This document shows positions 29,403 through 39,972 of a stretch of DNA of 57,033 nucleotides, piece after piece. This DNA comes from an uncultured Candidatus Saccharibacteria bacterium (lineage in GTDB: Bacteria; Patescibacteriota; Minisyncoccia; UBA6257), in NCBI GenBank assembly GCA_964618625.1, contig CAZUBI010000002.1, forward strand, positions 1 through 57,033, written 5' to 3'. Within the stretch, counting starts at the first letter, position 1. Each line of letters opens with the position of its first letter. Both the position numbers and the translations under genes were made by a program. The notes beneath the pieces were generated by a model. The model worked only from the letters and a program-made list of their open reading frames with translations, did not search any database and had not been told where the DNA came from.

Positions 29403-29440
29403 ATTCTTATTATACTCTATTTCTACACAAAAATCAACCC

Positions 29441-30751
29441 CTAATGCGTAGGGATCTCAAAAGGTATCCTCCATGCCTTTAAAGCAATGATAATATCAAA
29501 AAATATATTCCTATTTTTCAAATAATAAAAATCATATTTCAATTTCTCCTGCGCATCCTCTACTGAAGCGCTGTGTGGATAATTAATCTGCGCCCAACCA
29601 ATCACCCCTGGCTTAACCAACAAACGAAACTGGTAAAATGGAATCTTTTTCTTGAATAAACTAACCAACTTCTTTTCCTCTGGCCTAGGACCAACAAAAG
29701 AAACATCGCCTTTGATAATGTTTAAGACCTGAGGAATTTCATCCAAATGCAAAAATCTAAGAATCTTTCCAATCCGAGTTACACGAGGATCGTTTTCTAA
29801 TGTCCAGGAAGGTCCAATTTTATCAGATTTATCAAACATAGTTCTAAATTTATAAATATAAAACTCTTTATCCTTTGTGCCAATCCGTACAGATTTGTGC
29901 AAAACAGACCCATTTGAATCCAATTTAATCAACAGCGCAATAATCGGCCAAAGCGGCAAAGAAAGAATAAATAATATAATACCACCGGAAATATCAGAGA
30001 CCCTTTTTAATGTCTCGTATAACTCCCAGTTCTTACTGTAATAATTTTCCAAAAACCATGATGATGGAAGAAGATCAACCGGAGTTTTTTGTAAAACAGA
30101 TTCGTAAAAATCAATAATATCAACAACTTTTAATTTGAGCCTGGCGTCAGGAACGTAAGAAAGCAAAGAATCAAATAAATTAGAATCAATTACAAACAGA
30201 TCAATATCACTTTCTTTTAATTCTTTTGCTGTTTGGCTTATTTCTTCTGGAGGCAAATTTTTAATTACGTCATATCCAATCTGAGGATGTTTTTTCAAAA
30301 ACATATTTATTTCACTGGCTTCTTTTATTTTAGAAATAATCAAAACATTAATTCTAGGAATTTTTATAATACGATTGAAAAGAATCCTCCAGATTAGAAA
30401 AAGGATAAAAGAAAAAGCAAGAGTTAAAAACAAAACTTTTTTAGGAGCAAAAGAAGGAACAAATAAATAAAAATAAATAACAGAAATAATAGTTGCTAAG
30501 CTAAATAGCTTAAAAACCATTTCAAAAAACTTTTTCCTGTTAGCTGCATGTCTTAATTCATAAAGATGGCTTATAGAGAATAAAATAATCCAAATTAAGA
30601 AAATAAAAGAAAAAGGCAAAAAACACTGGGAAAATATCTCTCTATTAAAGGGTAAACCATGTCTTAATAATATTGCAAAATATAAGGATAAATAAAAGAC
30701 CAGTAAATCCCCTGTTATTAAAAACGTAGATTTTATTCTATTTTGCAACAT
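29441..30751 (-). CDS. Priming undecaprenyl-phosphate sugar-1-phosphate transferase (WcaJ/WbaP family)
   Basis: N-terminal transmembrane segments, then KRVSDI, YKFRTM, DPRVTRIGKILRFLHLDEIPQ, SFVGPRPE, KPGVIGWAQIN. Confidence 0.93.
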   Translation of the reverse strand: MLQNRIKSTFLITGDLLVFYLSLYFAILLRHGLPFNREIFSQCFLPFSFIFLIWIILFSISHLYELRHAANRKKFFEMVFKLFSLATIISVIYFYLFVPSFAPKKVLFLTLAFSFILFLIWRILFNRIIKIPRINVLIISKIKEASEINMFLKKHPQIGYDVIKNLPPEEISQTAKELKESDIDLFVIDSNLFDSLLSYVPDARLKLKVVDIIDFYESVLQKTPVDLLPSSWFLENYYSKNWELYETLKRVSDISGGIILFILSLPLWPIIALLIKLDSNGSVLHKSVRIGTKDKEFYIYKFRTMFDKSDKIGPSWTLENDPRVTRIGKILRFLHLDEIPQVLNIIKGDVSFVGPRPEEKKLVSLFKKKIPFYQFRLLVKPGVIGWAQINYPHSASVEDAQEKLKYDFYYLKNRNIFFDIIIALKAWRIPFEIPTH

Positions 30752-30769
30752 TTTCTAAAATTGTTTCCA

Positions 30770-32713
30770 TTATTTTAAAGGCCTAAAACTAAACTTATAT
30801 TTTCTTGGAAAGCCCTGCTTTAAAAATCCCGTAAAACGAATGGTTTTTGCTGGAATTTTAATCCCATAAGACGGAGAAACTTTATCCTCTATAATAGCAC
30901 AGTTTAAAGCTTTAGGGGCGGAAAATATTAAAGAACCATTATTTCCTATAAGAATAACGTCTTTTTCTTCTGCTTTATCTTCTTTAACCCAAATCTTAAT
31001 TTTAGGAGAAAGATGAAAATTCCATTCTAATTCATGATCCCCTTTTCCTTTAAATTTATCTTCTATAAATAAAACTCTTTCTTTTCTATTAAAAGAAAAT
31101 TTACGATTATGAACAACCGAATATCTTAATCTTTCATAACAATTATGTTCTGCTTCTAATACAATATCTTCATTATTTGTTTTCCATTGATTTACTGTCA
31201 ATTCCCCTGTTTGTTCTATATAAAACGGATCTTTGAATATAGGATTTTGCTCTTGATGGTCTATCATAACTGTATTATGGGCTCTTGTTTTACGGAATCT
31301 ATTTCTTGCTTTAAAATCAGGCGTATAAATATAAGTCCCTGGATCAAGTATAAAATCATTTCCAAGCATTGATAATTCAAAACTCAAGATATCATTATGT
31401 ACATGGCTTCCTCCTTTTCCATAACAACATTTATTCCTACCTGTAATCAAATAAAAGTCTTTATCTCTCATAATATAAAACCCTGATTTAGAAAAAGATT
31501 TACTGAGTTTTTCTGTATTTTCTAATTCTAAAGTTTTTCCAAAAACATAATTGTAAAGTTTAAACAAGACAAAATGATTCTCTTTGTCCCAATTATAAAA
31601 ATCTTCCCAAACTATATGCAACCTTCCATCATCTGCATCCCCTATCTGCGGCGCCAAACCATCAGGCTTTGTATAGTATTTAGAAAACTCAACCATTTTC
31701 TCTAACTTATCCAAGAATTCTAAAGATAAATTAATGTTATTCCCTTTACATAACCTTCCTGCCCATAAAAAGAGCTCTGTTGCATAACGATGATAAGCGA
31801 TTGAAAGCTCATAATCCACACCATCATTATAAACCTGGAACTTTATTTCTTCTTCTAATGCCTTTAAACCTTTTTTCAACCATTTTTTTGACTCTTTAAA
31901 TTCTGGAAACATTATTCCCAAATAAACCAAACCAACAATATCAGACAAATAATGATTTGATCTAATTTGGGTATATTCCAAGTTCCTATAAATAAACTTT
32001 CCATGCTCAATTAAAGAACTTAGAAATTTCTCTAAAAACCCCTTCTCTAATTTATTACTTCTATTTTGTTTACATTTTGCTACTATTATTTCCCAGCTAA
32101 AAATCCAATTACAAGCTCTTATCGCCACTTCCATAGCATTAATCCAATTAGGACCAAAATAAACAGGGTTCTTTTCTATCCAATCTGCAATCAATTCTTG
32201 CCATTTTTTAAGATATTTTTCCTCTCCTGTTTTATAAAAAGCCAAGGCTAAGGGAATTGCATATTGAAAACGGGATAATTCCCATACCATTTTTATATCC
32301 CATCCTTTATTATAGGAATGAATAAATCTTTCTCTTAAATCCAAATAAAACAAACTAGGCCAAATATGGCCTGATTTAATATCTTGATTCCACTTAATAT
32401 TCCTTAAAACTTTAGGATTTATACCTAAAAAAGTAAATTCATTATTACAAATCCTGTCAGCATTATCTATAACAAAATCTTGATTAGCCAACTTCTCCAA
32501 AAGATTTACATCAAAAGACTTTGGTTCTTTTCTTTTAATAAAATGCTTTCTTAAGTTTTTATACGTCCTCTTAGATATTTCTTTTTTTAAATCAATTTTT
32601 CTCTTTGATATAAATCTTAAAAATTCGCCTTCTATAAACTCCCTAAAATACAAAAAAGCCACTTTTGGATGAAAAAAGGCTTTTTTAATCCGTTTTAAAG
32701 TAATTCTTGCCAT
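30770..32713 (-). CDS. Heparinase II/III-like (alginate lyase family) protein
   Basis: WELSRFQ, NAMEVAIR, SNHYLSD, ELSIAYH, HVHNDILSF, DPGTYIY, HNTVMID. Start set to the ATG at 32713 (the track uses a TTG at 32755). Confidence 0.9.
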   Translation of the reverse strand: MARITLKRIKKAFFHPKVAFLYFREFIEGEFLRFISKRKIDLKKEISKRTYKNLRKHFIKRKEPKSFDVNLLEKLANQDFVIDNADRICNNEFTFLGINPKVLRNIKWNQDIKSGHIWPSLFYLDLRERFIHSYNKGWDIKMVWELSRFQYAIPLALAFYKTGEEKYLKKWQELIADWIEKNPVYFGPNWINAMEVAIRACNWIFSWEIIVAKCKQNRSNKLEKGFLEKFLSSLIEHGKFIYRNLEYTQIRSNHYLSDIVGLVYLGIMFPEFKESKKWLKKGLKALEEEIKFQVYNDGVDYELSIAYHRYATELFLWAGRLCKGNNINLSLEFLDKLEKMVEFSKYYTKPDGLAPQIGDADDGRLHIVWEDFYNWDKENHFVLFKLYNYVFGKTLELENTEKLSKSFSKSGFYIMRDKDFYLITGRNKCCYGKGGSHVHNDILSFELSMLGNDFILDPGTYIYTPDFKARNRFRKTRAHNTVMIDHQEQNPIFKDPFYIEQTGELTVNQWKTNNEDIVLEAEHNCYERLRYSVVHNRKFSFNRKERVLFIEDKFKGKGDHELEWNFHLSPKIKIWVKEDKAEEKDVILIGNNGSLIFSAPKALNCAIIEDKVSPSYGIKIPAKTIRFTGFLKQGFPRKYKFSFRPLK

Positions 32714-32799
32714 AATTTTGTTTAAACTCGATAATTTTGAAGGTAGGGTTATCAAAAAATCGAGTTTATTTTAAAGCCTAGGAACTTAATCTTTAAATA

Positions 32800-33267
32800 T
32801 TAAACAAATTTTAATATCAAAAAAACTGTTAATGCCGTATAAATACCTGCAATAATATCATCAATTACAATCCCCCATCCACCATAAAGCCTTTCACTTA
32901 CATTAGCAGGATATATCTTTATGGCGTCAAATAAACCATAAATAAACAAAATTGAAATAAACATAATTACAGATAGATTTGTAAACCAAATTGTAGCTAT
33001 TAATACACCAATTACTTCATCAATGATAATCTTCTTACAATCTGTCTTTTGAAAAAGTTTTTCTGCTTTCGTACTTAAAGGAATAGCTAAAACAATAAGG
33101 ATTAAAGTAATTAAGATTTTATTGAAAAGAGGTAATGGATGAACTAAATACGCAATTACAGCCGCAAAAGCTACTCCTATTGCTCCAGGGAAAATTGGGC
33201 TATAACCAAGACCAAAACATGTTGCAAAAAACTTTACAAAAAGGTTTCTACTGTTTTTAAAATTCAT
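32800..33267 (-). CDS. pgpA: Phosphatidylglycerophosphatase A family protein
   Basis: FGLGYSPIFPG, IIIDEVIG, LFDAIK, GGWGIVIDDIIAG. Confidence 0.88.
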   Translation of the reverse strand: MNFKNSRNLFVKFFATCFGLGYSPIFPGAIGVAFAAVIAYLVHPLPLFNKILITLILIVLAIPLSTKAEKLFQKTDCKKIIIDEVIGVLIATIWFTNLSVIMFISILFIYGLFDAIKIYPANVSERLYGGWGIVIDDIIAGIYTALTVFLILKFV

Positions 33268-33818
33268 TATTGATGTTCTTTTTTCTTTTTATAAAAGAAA
33301 TGAAATAAACCAAATAGAAAACTAAAAATAAAATACCAAATATTCAAAGATGTATTAATAATGGCTCCACCTGCATAAACTCTTATCGCATAAGTTAAAG
33401 CCACAAAAACAGAATTAACAAAACGTACTTTTTCTAACCATAAGCTATAAACAATATCTAAGACAATGAATAAAGAAAGTAAAACCGTAAATCTTAAATT
33501 AATTTTCAAAGCAAGCCATAGACTTAAAACTATTAAAATCAAGCAAACAGATAAAGCAATGCCGGAATTTAATTTACCTGAAGCAATAGGCCTTTTAGAT
33601 TTTTCTGGATGTTTTTTATCTTTTTCTATATCCAAAACATCATTCAAAATAGAAACTGCACCAGCTGATAAACTAAATAAGAAGAATGCCTCTACTGTTT
33701 TAAGAAAAAACCCCAAATCGAATATTAATCCAGCAAGAATTAAAGGAATAAAAACAAAAAGATTTCCAATCCACTCCTTCAATCGAAAACTTAAAAAGAT
33801 ATAATATAACGTATTCAT
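33267..33818 (-). CDS. UbiA-family prenyltransferase (DPPR-synthase-like), apparently C-terminally truncated
   Basis: LRLKEWIGN, NDVLDIEKDKKHPEKSKRPIASG; only 183 aa. Confidence 0.75.
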   Translation of the reverse strand: MNTLYYIFLSFRLKEWIGNLFVFIPLILAGLIFDLGFFLKTVEAFFLFSLSAGAVSILNDVLDIEKDKKHPEKSKRPIASGKLNSGIALSVCLILIVLSLWLALKINLRFTVLLSLFIVLDIVYSLWLEKVRFVNSVFVALTYAIRVYAGGAIINTSLNIWYFIFSFLFGLFHFFYKKKKEHQ

Positions 33819-33964
33819 TTCTTTACCTCATATTATACATTATTTTTGATATCTTTTCTTAAAAAACCTCTTACTCTCTCAAAAATATCCCTAATTTCAG
33901 CTCTTCTTGGCACAAAAACATCATAAAAACCCAATCCTGTTTCTTAAAAATAAATGATTAAAAC

Positions 33965-35179
33965 CTAAAATAATTTTTCTAATTTATTTAAACAAACATC
34001 AATTGTAAAATTATTTAAGGCATATTTAAAACCATTATTACCTAATTCTTTTAATTTATCTTTCTCCTTGTAAATTTTTTCAACGATTTCTACTGCTTTC
34101 TTGAAGTCGTTACCCCTAACAACATAACCGCACTTAGCTTCCTGCACTATTTTTAAACCATCGCTTTCTTTATGCAAAAAAGCAAGAACTGGAATTGCGG
34201 CTGTCATATAACTCAAAATCTTTGCGGGGACAGCTGGGGTTGTATTTTTATCTGCAAGGCAAACTATACCAACATCGCAATCTTTAACCAATTCTGGGTA
34301 TTCTTTTAAAGAAACAAACGGTTTAAAAATAATATTTTTGAGTTTTAATTCTTCTGCCATTTTTACTAATCCTTCTTTTTCTGAACCATCGCCAACTAAA
34401 AGAAAAACTATATCTTTATTTCCTTTTACCCTGTTTGCTATTTTAATTAACAAATCAAGCCCTTGCGATGGCCCAAGTACTCCTCCAAATAAAAATATAA
34501 ATTCTTTTTCTAAGTTATATAATTTTCTAAATCTGTTTGTTTTTCTTAATTGCAAAAATGGATGAATATCTATCCAGTGGTATATTACTTGCACTTTTTG
34601 CTTCGGAATATTTCTTTTTTCTTCAATAAATTTTTTATGTGAATCTGATGGGACAACAATTAAATCAGAATTTTGATATGTTTTCTTTTCCATCCGCTCA
34701 AAAAATTTAATGAGGAACTTATTTTTTAAAATTCCCAGATCAATCGCATTTTGCGGGAATATATCATGAAGATTGAGAATATATTTTGCGTTATAGAATT
34801 TCTTTATCTTATAAGCAGTAACTGCCAATGGTAAAGGCGGGCTATGAACAATTACAATATCAATTTTTTCTTTAATATTCTTTTTAATCTCACGGAAAAA
34901 AATATAAGGCATCAAAAGTTGAGCTATTCCTCTAATAATAAAATTAACTTTATGATGTGGCAGAGTATCAATGCGTAGAACCTTTACCCCATTTTCATCT
35001 GTAACTTTATGCCAAATAATATTTTCTGAGGTTACTAAGTTATATTTTGGATAAGAAGTCGCAACCCAAATATTATATCCTCTGCCGTGTAGACCATCAA
35101 CCAAATCTTTCATCAATTGCGCTGCCGAACGAATTTCTGGCGGATAAGAATCCGTAATAATTAATATATTTTTCTTCAT
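33965..35179 (-). CDS. GT4 glycosyltransferase (WbuB-like)
   Basis: ILIITDSYPPE, SPPL, DIFPQNA, GGVLGPSQGL, PAKILSYM. Confidence 0.92.
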   Translation of the reverse strand: MKKNILIITDSYPPEIRSAAQLMKDLVDGLHGRGYNIWVATSYPKYNLVTSENIIWHKVTDENGVKVLRIDTLPHHKVNFIIRGIAQLLMPYIFFREIKKNIKEKIDIVIVHSPPLPLAVTAYKIKKFYNAKYILNLHDIFPQNAIDLGILKNKFLIKFFERMEKKTYQNSDLIVVPSDSHKKFIEEKRNIPKQKVQVIYHWIDIHPFLQLRKTNRFRKLYNLEKEFIFLFGGVLGPSQGLDLLIKIANRVKGNKDIVFLLVGDGSEKEGLVKMAEELKLKNIIFKPFVSLKEYPELVKDCDVGIVCLADKNTTPAVPAKILSYMTAAIPVLAFLHKESDGLKIVQEAKCGYVVRGNDFKKAVEIVEKIYKEKDKLKELGNNGFKYALNNFTIDVCLNKLEKLF

Positions 35180-35196
35180 AAAGAAGATGTCGTTAG

Positions 35197-36819
35197 CTAC
35201 TTAAAGTAGCCCCAAAAATTTTCTTTAGCTTTTACATACCTGTCGCTTCCCCATCCTTTCATTTTCTGTAATTTTTCTTCTAAATCCAACATTAATTTTG
35301 TAGAAACTAAAATTGATTCAATTGAATCCCCATCTTCGTTATTAGCAATCTTAGCACCAATCTTCAAATACATATTTCGATAACTGTTTGTCTTAAACAT
35401 TCTCTTTTTTCTGATAATTCTTGATTCGTCTTCTGAAAGATACAAAATATTATCAGTTATTCTTACATTTCTACCAGGAACTTTTAATTCAACATGATCT
35501 CTTGGTCCTACTCGAGTACTACCTTTTTCACTAAAGGTTGTAGTAAAAACTGCTCCATTTTCTAATTCTATCCATACTTCAATGGCATTATCTTGTAATA
35601 ATTTAATATCAAAATCTTTAGGTTTACTAAAATTATTAAGACATAAGAAATGATCAATCTGATGACAACCGTTGGCAAGAAAAGTACTTCGTGAAACAGG
35701 CCACGTATACCAAAAATACTTAGGCTGGCTTATTTCATAAACAATAGAATGATAAGAGATTGGATCTCCATATTTTACATTTAAATCTTCAAAAGCCCAT
35801 TCATTAAAAACTGAATATCTTTTATGAAAACCAATAAAAATCTTAGGCCCAACCTCTCTTAATGTTTTTTCAATTTCTTCTAATTCCTTATGATCCATTG
35901 CTACTGGTTTTTCAACAACCGCATATGCCCCTTGCTTTAAGGCATAAAGTGCTATTGGGGCATGAGTGTGATTATAGCTAGCTACAAAATAAACGTCATA
36001 TTTTTCATTATCCCGAGGGAAAGGGCTTGAATCCCATTTTTGTGCACTTCTTTCCCAAATTTGTGTTGAGTCTATCTCGTGAATAGTTGTAATATTAACA
36101 AAAGGTTTCATGAAAGTAACAATATTCGTTTTGGCATAATTGCCAAAACCAAAAAGAACTCCTGTCTTTCTCTGGGAATCCAGTTTTTTCACCTCACCCT
36201 TTATTTCTCTTATTTTTGTCGGAGTTTCGATATCAAACTTTTCGCAATTATTCCAGTTAGTACTTTTAATTTCTTTAATTAAATCTTCCTCTAATTTTTT
36301 TCTTAATTCTTCTAAAATATCCCTTCCTGAATAAATGCTCCAACTAATAATTTCTTCCCACCATCGATTTGATTTATTTTTTTGTTCTAAAGGATAAAGT
36401 AAAATTTCTTTAGATGGTAGTTTAGGCAAAATTGTTTTGTCAATATTAAAAATAAACTCTTTAGGTAGAGTCAAGCGTTCCACTAAAGGAGGATGAAATG
36501 GTGCAATAAAAGCCACCACATCATTAACTTTAAATTCTGAATTATTCCCTGTTTCAGTGATTTTTCCTATACCACATGAAACATATTTGTCATTACGTTT
36601 TTGTTCGCGCCATCGAGACCAAGCTTTTGTAAATAATCCATAAGGACCAACTACTGGCAAATATCTCAAAGCCATTTTTAGACTTTTGGGCCTAATATAA
36701 TATGCGCCTTCTATCTTTTCCAAATTTTTCCAAGCTAAAACTTGAATTCTGTACTCTTTTCTATTCCGATTGTAATCCAAAAACCCATTCTTCCATTTTT
36801 TACCTACAAGTATTCTCAT
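35197..36819 (-). CDS. Gfo/Idh/MocA oxidoreductase with an N-terminal GroES-like fragment
   Basis: GFGNYAK Rossmann motif, HTHAPIA, VEKP, CHQID; N-terminal SCGIGKI segment. Confidence 0.8.
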   Translation of the reverse strand: MRILVGKKWKNGFLDYNRNRKEYRIQVLAWKNLEKIEGAYYIRPKSLKMALRYLPVVGPYGLFTKAWSRWREQKRNDKYVSCGIGKITETGNNSEFKVNDVVAFIAPFHPPLVERLTLPKEFIFNIDKTILPKLPSKEILLYPLEQKNKSNRWWEEIISWSIYSGRDILEELRKKLEEDLIKEIKSTNWNNCEKFDIETPTKIREIKGEVKKLDSQRKTGVLFGFGNYAKTNIVTFMKPFVNITTIHEIDSTQIWERSAQKWDSSPFPRDNEKYDVYFVASYNHTHAPIALYALKQGAYAVVEKPVAMDHKELEEIEKTLREVGPKIFIGFHKRYSVFNEWAFEDLNVKYGDPISYHSIVYEISQPKYFWYTWPVSRSTFLANGCHQIDHFLCLNNFSKPKDFDIKLLQDNAIEVWIELENGAVFTTTFSEKGSTRVGPRDHVELKVPGRNVRITDNILYLSEDESRIIRKKRMFKTNSYRNMYLKIGAKIANNEDGDSIESILVSTKLMLDLEEKLQKMKGWGSDRYVKAKENFWGYFK

Positions 36820-36931
36820 AATATTATTTTTGTATTTTTGAATTTATTTTTATGTTTTATAATTTTAATATATTCAATTATAACACAGAGCCTGTTTGCG
36901 GAATATTTTTTCTTTTGCTAAAACCACTGGT

Positions 36932-37957
36932 TTAGATCGATTCTTTTATCATTTTTTTTGAAAATAAATTTACGAAACGATAAAAATCATAAAATATTCT
37001 TTTAACAAAAAATCTTACTCTCTTTTTGATAGTTCTCCTTATAATGCCATGATGAAAATCAGGATCAAATTGCTTAACATCTTGAATTATTGATTTAATT
37101 TCTTCAATATAGGGACGATATACTAATTCTTTTATTGATTTATTTATTCTATATGCTCCATCCGTTAAAGTAAATGAAGTCTCATTATGAATACTAAAAC
37201 TATGATAGTGATAAAATACTAGCCTTGTATCTTTTATATAAATCACATCATCTTTCAAGGAAATATAATATTTATTAGCATTCCAGGGGCCTAAACATAA
37301 TTTATTATTTTGTAAAACATGAATCCCCTTAAATCTGGTCGGCCAATCTTTTAAATATATTTGATCTGCCCCCTGCATATTTTGATTTTTATAATTCCTC
37401 CAAAATAACAAACTGCTAGGCCTTCCGTAACAGCGTTCAATAAGCTTTTTACGCCACCATTCTAAAACTTTAATACTTTCCGGGTGATTTTTAAAAATAA
37501 TAAATTGTGTATTATAAGGTGCTTGCGATAATAATCTTTTATATTCAGGAGAAAGATCGCTTTTTGTTATTAATATAGAATTACCATTAAACTCGTCAAA
37601 AAAAGGCTTGGGATTATTATAAAAAAATAAGTCAGCATCCAAATAAGTCATCGTTTCTAAATTAGGATATTTTTTAAATAGAAATAATACTAGAGAAGCT
37701 TTAGTTGTCCATAAATATTCTGCATGAGTACGAGTATTTTTAATTGATAACAAATCAGTATCTTCTTTTTCAAGTTCTTGTAAAGTAATTAATTTAACAT
37801 TACTCAAATTCATTTTAGATAAAAGATTATAGGTAATTTCATCACCACATAAAACAAACAAAACAAAATCACTACATGTGTTTTGTAAAGAACGATATAG
37901 GGCTATCCCTTTGTACAAATAATTTTTATCAAAAAAAGTATAAAAATTATAAGACAT
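36932..37957 (-). CDS. GT-A fold glycosyltransferase (putative)
   Basis: FYTFFDKNYL and TYLDADLFF (DxD) motifs within the glycan locus. Confidence 0.75.
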   Translation of the reverse strand: MSYNFYTFFDKNYLYKGIALYRSLQNTCSDFVLFVLCGDEITYNLLSKMNLSNVKLITLQELEKEDTDLLSIKNTRTHAEYLWTTKASLVLFLFKKYPNLETMTYLDADLFFYNNPKPFFDEFNGNSILITKSDLSPEYKRLLSQAPYNTQFIIFKNHPESIKVLEWWRKKLIERCYGRPSSLLFWRNYKNQNMQGADQIYLKDWPTRFKGIHVLQNNKLCLGPWNANKYYISLKDDVIYIKDTRLVFYHYHSFSIHNETSFTLTDGAYRINKSIKELVYRPYIEEIKSIIQDVKQFDPDFHHGIIRRTIKKRVRFFVKRIFYDFYRFVNLFSKKMIKESI

Positions 37958-37994
37958 AATTTAGAATATTTATATTAGAGTAATTACAGAATTA

Positions 37995-38900
37995 TTACTT
38001 ATAAGGACCTAACTGTTTTGTAATTCCATGATAAAAACCTTTTAGAGAATATGCAAAGTATTTCCAGTGGGGCTTACCCAAAATAGTATATCCAACAATA
38101 TTTTTTGCAGATTTAATAAAAAGGTTTATTCTTCTCCCAAATGTTATATGTTTATTTCTTAAAGCTAAATGAATTGCGTTTCGGACTATATAATAATATC
38201 TAATGGGAGACCTAATAGTGGATAAATGCCATCCGATCTTTATCACCTCTTCACCGGCGTGGTGTCTGATAACAACATCACTACAGCCAATTAATTTATA
38301 GCCTTTAGCTCTAACTCCCCATCCCCACTCTAAATCAACCCAATCTATAAATAATTCTTCGTTCATAAAACCAATATCATCGAACACTTCTGATGGAATA
38401 ATCATTCCTGAAGCCATTACTTCAGTAATTTCGTGACAACCATGCTTGAAGTTTAAAGCTTTATTAAAAATACCATTAAACCAAATAAACTTTTGCATCT
38501 TGCCCCCCATATTTATTGTTGAAACAGCGGGAGTAATGGCGGCTATTCTTAATTTGTCAGATGTTTTATAATAAGCTTCGATCATTTTATCCACATAATC
38601 ATTTGGATAAAAAGTATCTTGATCGCTTAACATAACAAAATCAGCTTTATTCTCTAACGCTTTTTTAATACCAACATTTTGAGCGTGAGCTATGCCAGTA
38701 TTTTGGCTAAGCGTAATAACCTTAATATTATTCTTCTCTTTTAATAATTGAAGATTTTGAAGTATATCGCTACCATTTGGAGTATTATCTATAATTAATA
38801 CCTGGCTTACTTGTTTATAAATACTTTGTATAGTCTCAGTAATAATTTGACTATCCGGGAAGTAAGCCACTACGATTGCTATAACCTTAACTTGATTCAT
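37995..38900 (-). CDS. GT2 rhamnosyltransferase-like
   Basis: IIDN, NTGIAHAQN, SDQD, FIDWVDLEW, IRYYYIVRN. Confidence 0.88.
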   Translation of the reverse strand: MNQVKVIAIVVAYFPDSQIITETIQSIYKQVSQVLIIDNTPNGSDILQNLQLLKEKNNIKVITLSQNTGIAHAQNVGIKKALENKADFVMLSDQDTFYPNDYVDKMIEAYYKTSDKLRIAAITPAVSTINMGGKMQKFIWFNGIFNKALNFKHGCHEITEVMASGMIIPSEVFDDIGFMNEELFIDWVDLEWGWGVRAKGYKLIGCSDVVIRHHAGEEVIKIGWHLSTIRSPIRYYYIVRNAIHLALRNKHITFGRRINLFIKSAKNIVGYTILGKPHWKYFAYSLKGFYHGITKQLGPYK

Positions 38901-39969
38901 ATTTAATATATTTTTTAAATACTTCCTCTAATTGCTCTGTGGCTTTATCCCAGGTAAATCGTTTAATGTAGTCACAACCATTTTGAGCGATCTCTTCCCT
39001 TAGATCTTTATTTTCTATCAATTTTATCACATTTTGAGCCATTTTCTTAATATCTCGAGGAGGTGAAACCAAAGCAGCCTTGCCCGGGATTGTATAATCT
39101 GGCACAGCTCCAACGTTGGTTGTAACAACCGCTAATCTACAAGCCATCGCCTCCATTGGTGGCATCCCAAATCCCTCAAATCGACTTGGAAAAAGAAATA
39201 TGTCGCAAGAATTATAAATCTTCCTGAGCTCGGTATTAGATGGTTTTAGGTAATACTTAGCATAGACAGGTATATTTTCCCCCTGTTCTGGACCAAATAG
39301 AATAAGTTGGATATTAGAAATTTTTCCCTTTACAATTTCAAAAGCCTTAATTCCGTCTTCAGTACCTTTCCATTCTTCTCTTCGATAAGGTATCAAAATT
39401 TTTATTCTATCATCTGTTCTTTTATTATTTTGGGGGTAAAATTGTTCCCGATCCGGAGAATGAAATATCAAAGATTCAACTTTTACACCCACCTCATCTT
39501 CAAGTATGTTCTTCAACCAAGTTGAATTTACAATGATTCGTAAACCGAGTTTATAGCTATTATCAACTTTTTTCTTTGGACCTCCCCAAATTTCATAATG
39601 TTGAGCTAGATAAAACTTTTGTCCTTTGTCTCTACTATATTTGCTTACGTAATATGCTGTTTCCCACCAAGTAGCCACTACAATATCGGCATCAGGAATA
39701 TACCTCTCTGTTAAAAGAGGGACTTTAATTAAATTCACCTTTAAATCGAACCAATCAACATAATTTCTCTTTATAAAATTTATAAAACTATGTTTTGCCT
39801 GACTAGCTAATTTTCTTAAATTATACCATCTCGCTCCTCCCCTCATTAGGATCCATGGATAAATTATAGAAACATCGTGTCCTCTGGCGTATAAGTGATT
39901 AGCAAATTCAAATACTGCTTTTACACCGCCTGACAATCCAATCCCTGGTAATACAAACGTTATTTTCAT
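38887..39969 (-). CDS. GT4 glycosyltransferase
   Basis: SGGVKAVFEFAN, EGFGMPPMEAMAC (Ex7E). Confidence 0.92.
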   Translation of the reverse strand: MKITFVLPGIGLSGGVKAVFEFANHLYARGHDVSIIYPWILMRGGARWYNLRKLASQAKHSFINFIKRNYVDWFDLKVNLIKVPLLTERYIPDADIVVATWWETAYYVSKYSRDKGQKFYLAQHYEIWGGPKKKVDNSYKLGLRIIVNSTWLKNILEDEVGVKVESLIFHSPDREQFYPQNNKRTDDRIKILIPYRREEWKGTEDGIKAFEIVKGKISNIQLILFGPEQGENIPVYAKYYLKPSNTELRKIYNSCDIFLFPSRFEGFGMPPMEAMACRLAVVTTNVGAVPDYTIPGKAALVSPPRDIKKMAQNVIKLIENKDLREEIAQNGCDYIKRFTWDKATEQLEEVFKKYIKYESS

Positions 39970-39972
39970 AAG

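Noticed and set aside
33822-33964. Possible gene remnant reading ...TGLGFYDVFVPRRAEIRDIFERV
   Set aside because: No start codon, an in-frame stop upstream, and no family I can identify; too weak to call a pseudogene without a search.
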